Of a stretch of 40,273 nucleotides of DNA, positions 9,208 through 17,360 are shown piece by piece (within the stretch, counting starts at the first letter, position 1; every line of letters starts with the position of its first letter). The stretch is taken from IMG/VR virus record IMGVR_UViG_3300026737_000001; one strand, 5' to 3'. The notes beneath the pieces were generated by a model. The model was given only the letters and a program-made list of their open reading frames with translations. It searched no databases and was not told the DNA's origin. The DNA comes from a virus. Its lineage: Duplodnaviria; Heunggongvirae; Uroviricota; Caudoviricetes. Position numbers and translations under genes: made by a program.

Positions 9208-9770
9208 AGGAAATGAGTTTTGGCAACTTTTTTCAAGTTTAGCTTCGCCTATCGGATTAATGGGCCGGTAGGCTTTGCTAAGCTAACTTGGTTTAGTTTA
9301 ACCTATACAACTAAATATAAACAGTCTTCAATATTCATTAGTGTTCTTTAACCCTATGGTCTACCAATGCTGTGACCGGGAGCGAGGGGCTGGTGAATCT
9401 CTTTTAGATGAGCCCTCTTTTGAGGTGGTGGATGCCGTTACACCCTAAAACGTATAAGGTGAGCTCTAGCCGATGCAATAAGTAGAGCCGGCAGGTGAGG
9501 TTATTCTGGCCAATATTCCCGTGCGTAACTGGATTGTTGAGCTCATATCCAGGTAAAACGAACATAGCTCGGGGGAAGACTGGTAGTCGCATTGGGATTA
9601 GGGTACAACAAGGCAATTATGGTATATGGACAGTCACTATACCTAAGCCTGTTGAGTATTTATACTGTCTGTGCAGAATATTTAAGCAAACACAGATTCT
9701 TTATTCTAAGTGTATTTCACGCCACTTAGGGTAATCTATGTCTAATGACTTAAGTTAAAGAGAGAAAAAA
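9208..9770 (+). ncRNA. large, highly structured non-coding RNA (~550 nt), family unassigned
   Basis: More than ten nested helices including long-range pairs (9321-9338 with 9653-9668; 9351-9379 with 9580-9604); G-U pairs favour the plus strand; dedicated promoters; no credible ORF. Confidence 0.75.
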
Positions 9771-9776
9771 GGAAAA

Positions 9777-9832
9777 AGCGATAATTTTCTAGAGAAAAGT
9801 CAAGTGGAAAGTTTTGTAGAAAATCATCGCTT
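9777..9832. terminator. long hairpin, probable terminator between the convergent ncRNA and 9865..10800
   Basis: AAGCGAT-A-ATTTTCTA / TAGAAAAT-C-ATCGCTT; U-rich tail on the minus strand. Confidence 0.6.
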
Positions 9833-9864
9833 CTTATCGCGGCAGAGTAAAGTTTAAAGCGTTT

Positions 9865-10800
9865 TTAGTAGCGCATTACTCTACTCGGCATCTTGAAATT
9901 TTCATTGAATTCATTACATATTTTAGATTCTATAAGATTGAGCGCACCTTCTGGTAAACTACCTTTAACTGAGATGTACTCACTCTTAATGATAAACTTT
10001 AGAGGCTTGCGAGATTCACTGCTGTTGTCTATCAGGACTCCGATAAAGCTGTTTTTAGCTGAAGTCTTTTTGATAGCGATAGTGAAGTTTTTAGATGCTG
10101 AAGTTTCCTTGCGAGAGATGGCCCGCTTGGAAGCAATGTACTCCTTGAAATCTTCTTCAAACTGGACGACTCGCTTAGATACTTTCGATTCACTCTCACC
10201 AACAGCTTCAACAAGTCCTGGTAGATAAGAACCAAAGTGCCTCTCCATCAGGATAAAGAAGTTTTGTTGAACCTTTCGCATAACATCCGGGCCAACAACA
10301 TCTAAGACACTTTCATAATCAAAAGCAGAAATAAAACGAAGTCCTTTATCGCAGAGAGCGAAGTAATCGTCCTCTGTAATAACGGAAGCCCAGAGTAAAG
10401 CGTCTGCGGATAAATGGACATCCTTTATAGACAACTTCTCATCTAGGTTTCTAAATCTGCAGTAGTCAAAACCTAAACAACCTTTATCCTTTTCAGGACA
10501 GTGATAACATATATCATAATCAGCGTTGATATTCTCATGATACTCAACAGCCTTTTCGAATAACTTGCAGTCACTTTCACAACAAGCCTTCTCATCTTCA
10601 AGCTGACACATCCGGCAGGTATCTTTCATTTCCTTGTGGATAGTCTCAAGCTCAGCTGTTAAGATACTGCGATAAGCTTCTTCATTAAAGTCGGGGTCAT
10701 CTCTTAGCTCCTCAACAACATCAGATATCATAATGATTGACATCCCAACTAACTTATCCTCTACCAACTTTTCTGATAAAATTTCATGATTTAATTGCAT
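9865..10800 (-). CDS. Cys-rich hypothetical protein
   Basis: CRMC..CC..C and CYHC..C..C clusters; AAGGAG RBS. Confidence 0.8.
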   Translation of the reverse strand: MQLNHEILSEKLVEDKLVGMSIIMISDVVEELRDDPDFNEEAYRSILTAELETIHKEMKDTCRMCQLEDEKACCESDCKLFEKAVEYHENINADYDICYHCPEKDKGCLGFDYCRFRNLDEKLSIKDVHLSADALLWASVITEDDYFALCDKGLRFISAFDYESVLDVVGPDVMRKVQQNFFILMERHFGSYLPGLVEAVGESESKVSKRVVQFEEDFKEYIASKRAISRKETSASKNFTIAIKKTSAKNSFIGVLIDNSSESRKPLKFIIKSEYISVKGSLPEGALNLIESKICNEFNENFKMPSRVMRY

Positions 10801-10857
10801 TACTCATCATCTCCTTAAAATGATTTATAATTTTAGACAACTTACATATATATAAGA

Positions 10858-10893
10858 AAGCTCCCAGAAGCCTTTTATTGACCTCTGAGAGCG
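10858..10893 (-). terminator. intrinsic terminator-like hairpin
   Basis: GCTCTCAGAGGTC/GGCTTCTGGGAGC followed by TTTC on the minus strand. Confidence 0.55.
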
Positions 10894-10902
10894 TGTTATT
10901 CT

Positions 10903-12249
10903 TTAGAGTGCTAAATATGCCTTGACGAAGTTTTCTGACTCAGAAGCAGTGAATTCTTTGCGTTTAGCATACTCTGAAGCAGCGTTGCGCAGTTTTCTCT
11001 CATCGTCACCAATTACCTTCTTTAAAGCTTTCATTCCTTCAGGTATCTCAGGACACTTATCAGACTCGTCAAGTTCCTTAAATTGTTTCCATTCAACGTA
11101 TTCAACATCGTCAAAGTCAACTATAATATTGTCAGGCAGCAGAAACTCAACAGGAGCCTCATCATCTTCTGTTATCTCCTGTAGCGAAGGCATAATACCT
11201 TTAGTAGTTTTCTCATCGTAGAAGCCGTCTATTGTTCCACCAAAGTTAGTAAAGAATAGGTGGTATGGACAATCCTCTCCAAAGTCGTATAAAGCATTAC
11301 GTTTCAAATACTTTTTACGCTGTGTGTGTGGGCGATAGTCTGCCTCTTCAAAGGAGTTTTTGTTAACGATGATATCCTTACCTCTCTGCAGTGGACCTTT
11401 ATCTTCCTTGCCATCCTGGTCTAAAAACTTATGAGCTGTATCGTCAACAGTATCTCCTGTTAGATAGCATTTGTGTCTCCAGAAGCTAGTAGTAACCCCA
11501 CTTTCAGTCTCAGCAGGTATCTCTTCTGAATGATGCCAGCGGCAGTTCTCACAAGACTGACTATATTTCTTAGTCTTCATCTTCTTACGCTTAGCCTGAT
11601 ATATCTTCTTATACTCTCTATCATAAATACCAGAGATTTTAAAGAAACCAGACAATAAAGCTCCCTTAACATTCTGCCAAGTATTATTTATATCCTGATA
11701 CCACTCATCACCAGTTCTATTAAGCTGCATACCGTTATAATCATAAACAGTACGCTCCTTAACTTCTTTATTTTTACCTTCTCCAACAGTGTATTCTTCC
11801 TTCCAACTTCTCTCAAATGGTAAAACTATCTTAAAGTAGTCGTAAGTCTCACCTGTATCTTTATTCTTACCATGAGGATTAATAACACTTACCCTCATAG
11901 AGAATGGACTCTCACCTACTCTAACATCCATCTTATATAATAATGCCCTGTTATTAGGGTTCTGCTCAATCAATCTCTCAACCTTAAATACCTCAGCGTC
12001 TCCCTTTAAAAACAATTTCTCTTCCTGTTTTACTAGCTCATCGTAGAGATACTTAGCCTTTCTTATCTTGTCTGCGATGGCCCGGGCCTTATCATCATCA
12101 TCTTTAGCCTTACCATATTGTCCCTTTAACTCTTTTATAACCTCTGATACCTCATTAGTAATCAGCGGGACATTACCAAATTCCTCACCAAATAACTCTG
12201 CCTTGTAAGCCTTGTCTGAATAATCTAATACCATTTCTAATTTTGTCAA
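10903..12249 (-). CDS. large hypothetical protein with CxxC...C motifs (likely TTG start at 12249)
   Basis: AAGGAG 9 nt before the TTG; the upstream extension in the ORF track overlaps a hairpin. Confidence 0.8.
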   Translation of the reverse strand: MTKLEMVLDYSDKAYKAELFGEEFGNVPLITNEVSEVIKELKGQYGKAKDDDDKARAIADKIRKAKYLYDELVKQEEKLFLKGDAEVFKVERLIEQNPNNRALLYKMDVRVGESPFSMRVSVINPHGKNKDTGETYDYFKIVLPFERSWKEEYTVGEGKNKEVKERTVYDYNGMQLNRTGDEWYQDINNTWQNVKGALLSGFFKISGIYDREYKKIYQAKRKKMKTKKYSQSCENCRWHHSEEIPAETESGVTTSFWRHKCYLTGDTVDDTAHKFLDQDGKEDKGPLQRGKDIIVNKNSFEEADYRPHTQRKKYLKRNALYDFGEDCPYHLFFTNFGGTIDGFYDEKTTKGIMPSLQEITEDDEAPVEFLLPDNIIVDFDDVEYVEWKQFKELDESDKCPEIPEGMKALKKVIGDDERKLRNAASEYAKRKEFTASESENFVKAYLAL

Positions 12250-12308
12250 CCTAATCATCTCCTTAAAATGATTGTATTTGTAAACCTTGATATATGCTGA
12301 TGGCGAGG

Positions 12309-12343
12309 CTTTTAACCCCTTCAATTTAATGCGAGGGGTTAAA
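12309..12343. terminator. hairpin TTTTAACCCCT/AGGGGTTAAAA
   Basis: 11-bp perfect inverted repeat downstream of the 12371 gene. Confidence 0.5.
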
Positions 12344-12370
12344 AACGTAGCCTTACCTTTAATAGAGTAT

Positions 12371-12847
12371 TTACTTCTGAAGAGTGACCTCTCGGGTTCG
12401 TTTGAATACAGCTTGGAGTGCCCGAGGGATGCTCATATTTTCCATCCAGCAACTAGCACTACTAACCCTGAATGAGAAAGAAACAAGTCTATCATTATAT
12501 TCACCAAACAATCTACCTTCAACTACATCAGAGGAAGAAGGCTTAGCTATTATCTTATTAACAATAAAACCATTTTTAAATTCAAGATTAAAACGGATAA
12601 CAACCTTGCCGTCATCCATCCTATAAAGCTCATACTGGCTCGTTCTCTCTACCAAGTACTGCTCATAACTCTCATACCATGCTAAATACTTCCTTAACTG
12701 CCACATCCTCTTGGAACCTACATACTTGATGGCCCGGATATCATCTAGGTCATCTATACCTATTACCTCATAGCCTGCATCTATTAGTCTTTCCATCAGT
12801 CTATTGCCCCAACTTTTTGCGAACACTACCTGAGAAACTTTAATCAT
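12371..12847 (-). CDS. hypothetical protein
   Basis: AAGGAG 9 nt before the ATG at 12847. Confidence 0.75.
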   Translation of the reverse strand: MIKVSQVVFAKSWGNRLMERLIDAGYEVIGIDDLDDIRAIKYVGSKRMWQLRKYLAWYESYEQYLVERTSQYELYRMDDGKVVIRFNLEFKNGFIVNKIIAKPSSSDVVEGRLFGEYNDRLVSFSFRVSSASCWMENMSIPRALQAVFKRTREVTLQK

Positions 12848-12889
12848 TATTAACATCTCCTTTTATTTGTTAAATTTTTGTTAAGCTTG

Positions 12890-12917
12890 TTGACTATTAC
12901 TTTAAAAGTGATAAAAT
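12890..12917 (+). promoter_or_regulatory. sigma-A-type promoter, antisense to the flanking genes
   Basis: TTGACT-16 nt-TAAAAT with an extended TG. Confidence 0.55.
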
Positions 12918-13130
12918 AGTTATGGACAGGGTGATTGGTTCGTTTAAGCTAAAGATTCTCCAATCTTGCTAGTTTAACTTCCTTTAACCCTGTCCACAAC
13001 TTAGCAGCTTTACATCACTCTGGTCCGTTTGTTTTTCGGTCAGGTGCTGTTAAAGCTGGTGCCGAAGGCTGAACGTTAGATGGAGTACTTAAAAGCCGGT
13101 GCCGAAGGCTAGCACCAGCTCCATCTATAA
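12918..13130 (+). ncRNA. candidate three-hairpin sRNA (~210 nt)
   Basis: TGGACAGGGT/ACCCTGTCCA, CAGCTTTA/TAAAGCTG and TAGATGGAG/CTCCATCTA stems; CUCC apical loop. Confidence 0.55.
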
Positions 13131-13156
13131 ATAAATGCCAATGTGTCCGGATAACA

Positions 13157-14290
13157 CTATGCATTTACAGTCTCCTCTACTTCAGCCTCTTTATTAATTT
13201 CAGCTTCTAATTCATCAAAGCTAGCATCACTAAGTGCTTCAGCCTCAGCTTGCATTAATCTTGACTGAGCTTCTGCAACAATAGTTCTTAGCTTTCTAAC
13301 GCTGGCCCGGACTCTGGATTTACCAACATTAAACTTAGAATTAAAGAAGCTAATTTGTCCATCTACCTCTACCATGAAATCAACCTCCCATTCTTTCTTT
13401 GAAGATTTACCTTTTATCTTTCCAAGGTAGTCGATACCATCAATAGACTCTAAAGCTTTGAATTTATCTAATTTTGCTTCAGATGCTTCTGTAATTGATA
13501 GGAAATTCCACTCAACTGCACCAACTTTCTCATGCATATTGTTAATAATTAAGCAGAATGGAGTACCTTCTTTAGCATACTCTACATATTTCTTAGGATT
13601 AGGCAGTAATTTGTGTGCTTTATCTCCTATTACCTCTACTACATCGTCTAAGTTTTCGGGAGTTAAATACTTAATTCCCTTAAGACCAAGGTTAATAGCC
13701 TCTCTGTTAGTCATGAATCCAACTTCAGATAGCTCAATCTTATACTCTGACTTCTCAACATATTCCTTACTTGTAATCTCCATCTTATTTTCCACCTCCT
13801 TTTCTTCTGGTACATATGATTCAAGTACCTCTAATAGTCTGTCACTACCGATAACGGAAACAACAGCTTCATATGTCTCCTGATTGACAGATTCAATACC
13901 ATCTTTCATAAGTGCAATAACCTCACCATTATTAAGAGCCTCTAAACTTTCAATACCTACATTAATTTCTTTCATTTCATTTTCCTCCTTATTATTGTTG
14001 TTATCTTCAGCCTTGTCATCATCAGCAGACTCTAAAACTTTCACATCTTCACCAGGAGTAAAGAAAAACACTTCGTCTCCCAGAACAAATTGAACATCTC
14101 CATCCTCTCTTAACTTCATATCTGCCTCATCACCTTTTCTAAATTTCATGTCTTGACCAAGTACCTCTGCCTCAAACTTAGATAAAAACTTAACTGTTAC
14201 ATTTTTCATATTTAACTCCTCCTTTTTATTATTAAAAGACTTTACAGCATTGTCGTTTTCTTTTTGAAGATTCTGAATATTTTTAGCCAT
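13157..14290 (-). CDS. acidic modular hypothetical protein
   Basis: Long ORF; internal repeats (NNKKEELNMK / NNKEENEMK; E..E.VV.VIG). Confidence 0.8.
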   Translation of the reverse strand: MAKNIQNLQKENDNAVKSFNNKKEELNMKNVTVKFLSKFEAEVLGQDMKFRKGDEADMKLREDGDVQFVLGDEVFFFTPGEDVKVLESADDDKAEDNNNNKEENEMKEINVGIESLEALNNGEVIALMKDGIESVNQETYEAVVSVIGSDRLLEVLESYVPEEKEVENKMEITSKEYVEKSEYKIELSEVGFMTNREAINLGLKGIKYLTPENLDDVVEVIGDKAHKLLPNPKKYVEYAKEGTPFCLIINNMHEKVGAVEWNFLSITEASEAKLDKFKALESIDGIDYLGKIKGKSSKKEWEVDFMVEVDGQISFFNSKFNVGKSRVRASVRKLRTIVAEAQSRLMQAEAEALSDASFDELEAEINKEAEVEETVNA

Positions 14291-14864
14291 TAATAACTAC
14301 CTCCTTGTAGTAGTCCTTTATTAATTCTGCAACCTCAGATTTTAAAAGTTCTTCATAGTCATTGCTAAATTCAAGACTGTAAGTATCTATTGAAGTTAAA
14401 AAGTCCATTAGTATTTCGTTAAGGCTTAGATTTAACCTCACCCCCTTTCTTTTTAGTAACTTAAACCCTTCTTTCCAGGCATTTATCTCAACCTCAAATT
14501 CCGGAGTCGAGATATGGTAAGCTAAGAATTCATCACCCCTTCTATTAAAGTCTAGCATATGACCAATTTCATGAGCCATTGTTATTATAGAGTATTCTCT
14601 CTGGTCTTCTCTTGCTGTTACAAACACAAATTGATGACTAAGACTTCTCTTATCATCACTAACCTTTGTGTTCATCATCCCGAATGTTTTATCTTCTTTC
14701 AGAAATTTATCCCTTACCTTAGCAAGAGAAGAAAGTTCAAGATTTTCTTTATAGTCTATAAGGGCCTCTACGTCGTTGTAAATTACAGCAGCCCCAATAC
14801 TATTAGCTTCTTCCACCATATCCATAACTCTTTTGTCATCTTCAAACATTAATATATTCTTCAT
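14283..14864 (-). CDS. HEXXH zinc metallopeptidase (ImmA/IrrE-like zincin)
   Basis: MAHEIGH...EVEINAWKEG. Confidence 0.75.
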   Translation of the reverse strand: MKNILMFEDDKRVMDMVEEANSIGAAVIYNDVEALIDYKENLELSSLAKVRDKFLKEDKTFGMMNTKVSDDKRSLSHQFVFVTAREDQREYSIITMAHEIGHMLDFNRRGDEFLAYHISTPEFEVEINAWKEGFKLLKRKGVRLNLSLNEILMDFLTSIDTYSLEFSNDYEELLKSEVAELIKDYYKEVVING

Positions 14865-15271
14865 TACTTCATCTCCTTTTTCATTTTTGTTAAGAGAACC
14901 GACAGATTATCTATAGCATTCCTCTCGTTGCTTTGTAGTTCATACTCTAAGCTCGGGCAGGGGTCATCTATTTCGTTCAGTATCTGCTCATAAGTTTTTG
15001 GAGCAGCTTTTCTTTCCCTCTCCTCCTTTTGCTTTATCATTTCTGAGTAATACTCATATCTCTCTTCGGCTTCAGAAATAGCCCTCCTAACATCGTCTAT
15101 AGTAAAAGAAATTTCGCCATAATTTTTCTCTAAGTCATACATCCAGTTTCCTGCATGAGATGTATCTTTAGAGAGAAGTTGACACATTGCAAATTCTGCT
15201 GCAAAGTGCATGTATTGATTTCTAATATCCTCTTCTGTTCTGTTTTGTGGAAAAAGAGTTTCGTTTTTCAT
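14864..15271 (-). CDS. hypothetical protein (likely start MKNETLF)
   Basis: AAGGAG 9 nt before the ATG at 15271. Confidence 0.7.
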   Translation of the reverse strand: MKNETLFPQNRTEEDIRNQYMHFAAEFAMCQLLSKDTSHAGNWMYDLEKNYGEISFTIDDVRRAISEAEERYEYYSEMIKQKEERERKAAPKTYEQILNEIDDPCPSLEYELQSNERNAIDNLSVLLTKMKKEMK

Positions 15272-15418
15272 ATCTATCATCTCCTTAAAATTTACTCTCC
15301 TAAAATTCAGGTAGAGTTTGAGCCTTTTAAGGTCGTGCTCAGGACCATAGGACGCTACCAATGTCTGCTCTCACCATCAAAACAATCTATGAATATATAC
15401 TCACAACAATCTATGAAC

Positions 15419-15742
15419 TTAGTCAACAAAGAATATAGCATCATGCTTAATCCCCCTTGTAGGGCCATTCTTCTTTAGGTTTCCTACAAAATATACCTTG
15501 ACAAAATATCCAAGCCCTGATATATTCTCCTTAATAGAGCAACATGCATAGGACTCTGTCTCGTGATTGACTATAGCAAAGCGCTCATGCTTTACTATTT
15601 TGCCACCCTTATGGCATAATGTATCCAAGATAGAGTCTTCATCAATACCCTTCATATTCTCAACAGACCCATTTGTAAAACCAACAGTAGCGAACTCATG
15701 GTCCAGACCAGCACCAGCTAAGAAATGTTCTAATTTATACAT
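15419..15742 (-). CDS. hypothetical protein
   Basis: AGGGG RBS. Confidence 0.65.
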   Translation of the reverse strand: MYKLEHFLAGAGLDHEFATVGFTNGSVENMKGIDEDSILDTLCHKGGKIVKHERFAIVNHETESYACCSIKENISGLGYFVKVYFVGNLKKNGPTRGIKHDAIFFVD

Positions 15743-15763
15743 AATAATCCCCTTTCAAACTAA

Positions 15764-15810
15764 AGCTATCTAACTTGTTCCTCCCTATATAGGTGAGGCA
15801 TAGTATAGCC
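15764..15810 (-). promoter_or_regulatory. repeated structured leader motif, copy A
   Basis: stem-ACTATG-CCTC..GAGG-AACAAGTTAG-stem. Confidence 0.65.
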
Positions 15811-15888
15811 ATTAATAACATACTACTCATCTTCCAGTATTCAGCATAATAAGAGCAAACAATGCAAACAAAATATCAAAGAAACCCG

Positions 15889-16182
15889 TTATTTCACCTC
15901 CTTTGGTAGAATAATTACTTGGCCAACACTCAATATAGGGCTAAGCTCATCATTATATACATTACGTATCTCCCACACTACTTCTCTTACATCATATCCA
16001 GAATGTTCTGAATACTCTCGATACACAATACCATTCAAGGTATCTCCTGAACGCACTGTGTACTCATATGTCTCATAATCCTCAACTGACTGATTTACAT
16101 CTTTTGCCCAACTGTTCATAGCTCCACCTAAAATACCAAAGAATATACCAACTAATAATAAAATAATAATTAATTTAGTCAT
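15889..16182 (-). CDS. transmembrane + LysM protein, YneA-like
   Basis: N-terminal TM helix; YTVRSGDTL..I...LSVGQVIILP LysM domain. Confidence 0.85.
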   Translation of the reverse strand: MTKLIIILLLVGIFFGILGGAMNSWAKDVNQSVEDYETYEYTVRSGDTLNGIVYREYSEHSGYDVREVVWEIRNVYNDELSPILSVGQVIILPKEVK

Positions 16183-16350
16183 CTATTTCACCTCCTTTAT
16201 AATTGCTGCATATCTAGCCTCTAATGACCATACATCAGCAAAAGCAGACATGTAATCTAACCATGCCTCAATTTCTAATCTTAGAAACTCATTCTTAGGT
16301 TCTTTCTCCAAAAAGTCCATTAGTGCTAATACCTCATTAATCTTTAACAT
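16183..16350 (-). CDS. small hypothetical protein (55 aa, MLKINEVLAL...)
   Basis: Read by hand; AAGGAG RBS; stop abuts the LysM gene start. Confidence 0.65.
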   Translation of the reverse strand: MLKINEVLALMDFLEKEPKNEFLRLEIEAWLDYMSAFADVWSLEARYAAIIKEVK

Positions 16351-16372
16351 TTAAAACATCTCCTTAATTTTT

Positions 16373-16419
16373 GTCTGCATTAACTTGTTCCTGCTCTAAG
16401 AGTCAGGCATAATACAGGC
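16373..16419 (-). promoter_or_regulatory. repeated structured leader motif, copy B
   Basis: stem-ATTATG-CCTG..CAGG-AACAAGTTAA-stem. Confidence 0.65.
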
Positions 16420-16519
16420 TAGAGTTAATTAAAACTCATTAGAGCCCACCTAGTTATAGATGAGCTCCATTAGTCTTAATTTAAACAAATGGAAGTTCTT
16501 TAAAGTATCTAACCCCAAT

Positions 16520-16681
16520 TTATTCTAATAAAGCTTCTAGTTCTCTTATTGATTCTTCTAATCTTGCTATCTCTTTACTACCCTCATCTGTTACATCTGC
16601 ACCACTAAGATAGACTTCATGAATAGCATCCTCCAGCTCAGCAATGTCCTTTTTAATAATTGCCTTTGTTAAATCTGTCAT
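16520..16681 (-). CDS. small acidic coiled-coil protein (53 aa, MTDLTKAII...)
   Basis: Read by hand; AAGGAG RBS. Confidence 0.65.
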   Translation of the reverse strand: MTDLTKAIIKKDIAELEDAIHEVYLSGADVTDEGSKEIARLEESIRELEALLE

Positions 16682-16705
16682 AATATAAACATCTCCTTAA
16701 TTTTA

Positions 16706-16751
16706 CCCTTGCTAACTTGGTCTACCCTTTATGGTGTAGCATAGTTAAGGG
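16706..16751 (-). promoter_or_regulatory. repeated structured leader motif, copy C
   Basis: stem-ACTATG-CTAC..GTAG-ACCAAGTTAG-stem. Confidence 0.65.
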
Positions 16752-16800
16752 GTCGGGCTCCGAAAGATTCACAAACCCTTATTAATCATAATAGTTGCAC

Positions 16801-16884
16801 TCAACTCACCAACTAACCAACGACCCAGGGGGGTAAATTTTTTCAACTCACCAACTAACCAACGACCCAGGGGGGTAAATTTTT
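16801..16884. repeat. perfect 42-bp tandem duplication containing a G6 run
   Basis: 16801-16842 is identical to 16843-16884. Confidence 0.9.
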
Positions 16885-16913
16885 AAAGGGGGTGGGGCTA
16901 GATATATACAAAC

Positions 16914-16946
16914 AAAAAAGGCCGCCAATTAAGGCGACCTCAAAAA
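16914..16946 (-). terminator. terminator of the par operon
   Basis: AGGTCGCC/GGCGGCCT stem followed by a T-run on the minus strand. Confidence 0.7.
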
Positions 16947-17014
16947 TTATATATTAAATTTTAAACGGCAGGGGTCAAAAATCCCAAACCATCTTTTCTC
17001 GTGATGGACGAACT

Positions 17015-17359
17015 TTAGCTTTTAGCTTCTGTTTCAAACTTAACCTTCCATAAAAGCTCAATCGCTTCCATGACAGCTTCTCTTAAATCAAGTTCATTCT
17101 CTGATTTCATTTTAATTAAGTTTAGGATATTAATATGCTTTTTAGTTATTTTATAAGTTCTTCTAATTTCTTTTTCAAAGTCTTCAGTATACACCAGGTC
17201 ATTATAAGGGCCGAAGTCAATATTTTTAGACTTCAAATTATTTTTATTTTCTTTATTTGTTTCGTTTTTCTCACTCTTTTTCGGATTCAAGATATCTTCA
17301 GAGTTACTCATAATATCTTTCATTCTACCTTCATTAAAATCCTTTTTATCATTTGCCAT
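17015..17359 (-). CDS. small ParA partner, probable centromere-binding adaptor (type Ib, RHH-like)
   Basis: Directly downstream of parA; low-complexity N-terminus and a C-terminal beta-helix-helix pattern (RRTYKI...LREAVMEAIELL). Confidence 0.65.
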   Translation of the reverse strand: MANDKKDFNEGRMKDIMSNSEDILNPKKSEKNETNKENKNNLKSKNIDFGPYNDLVYTEDFEKEIRRTYKITKKHINILNLIKMKSENELDLREAVMEAIELLWKVKFETEAKS

Positions 17360-17360
17360 C

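Noticed and set aside
9404-9734. ORFs 9404..9616 and 9495..9734
   Set aside because: No convincing RBS, atypical composition, and they overlap the structured RNA.
9208-9770. RNase P RNA, tmRNA or group II intron identity for the large RNA
   Set aside because: No GAGGAAAGTCC, no T-arm/CCA end, and GAGCCG at 9485 does not close a domain-V hairpin.
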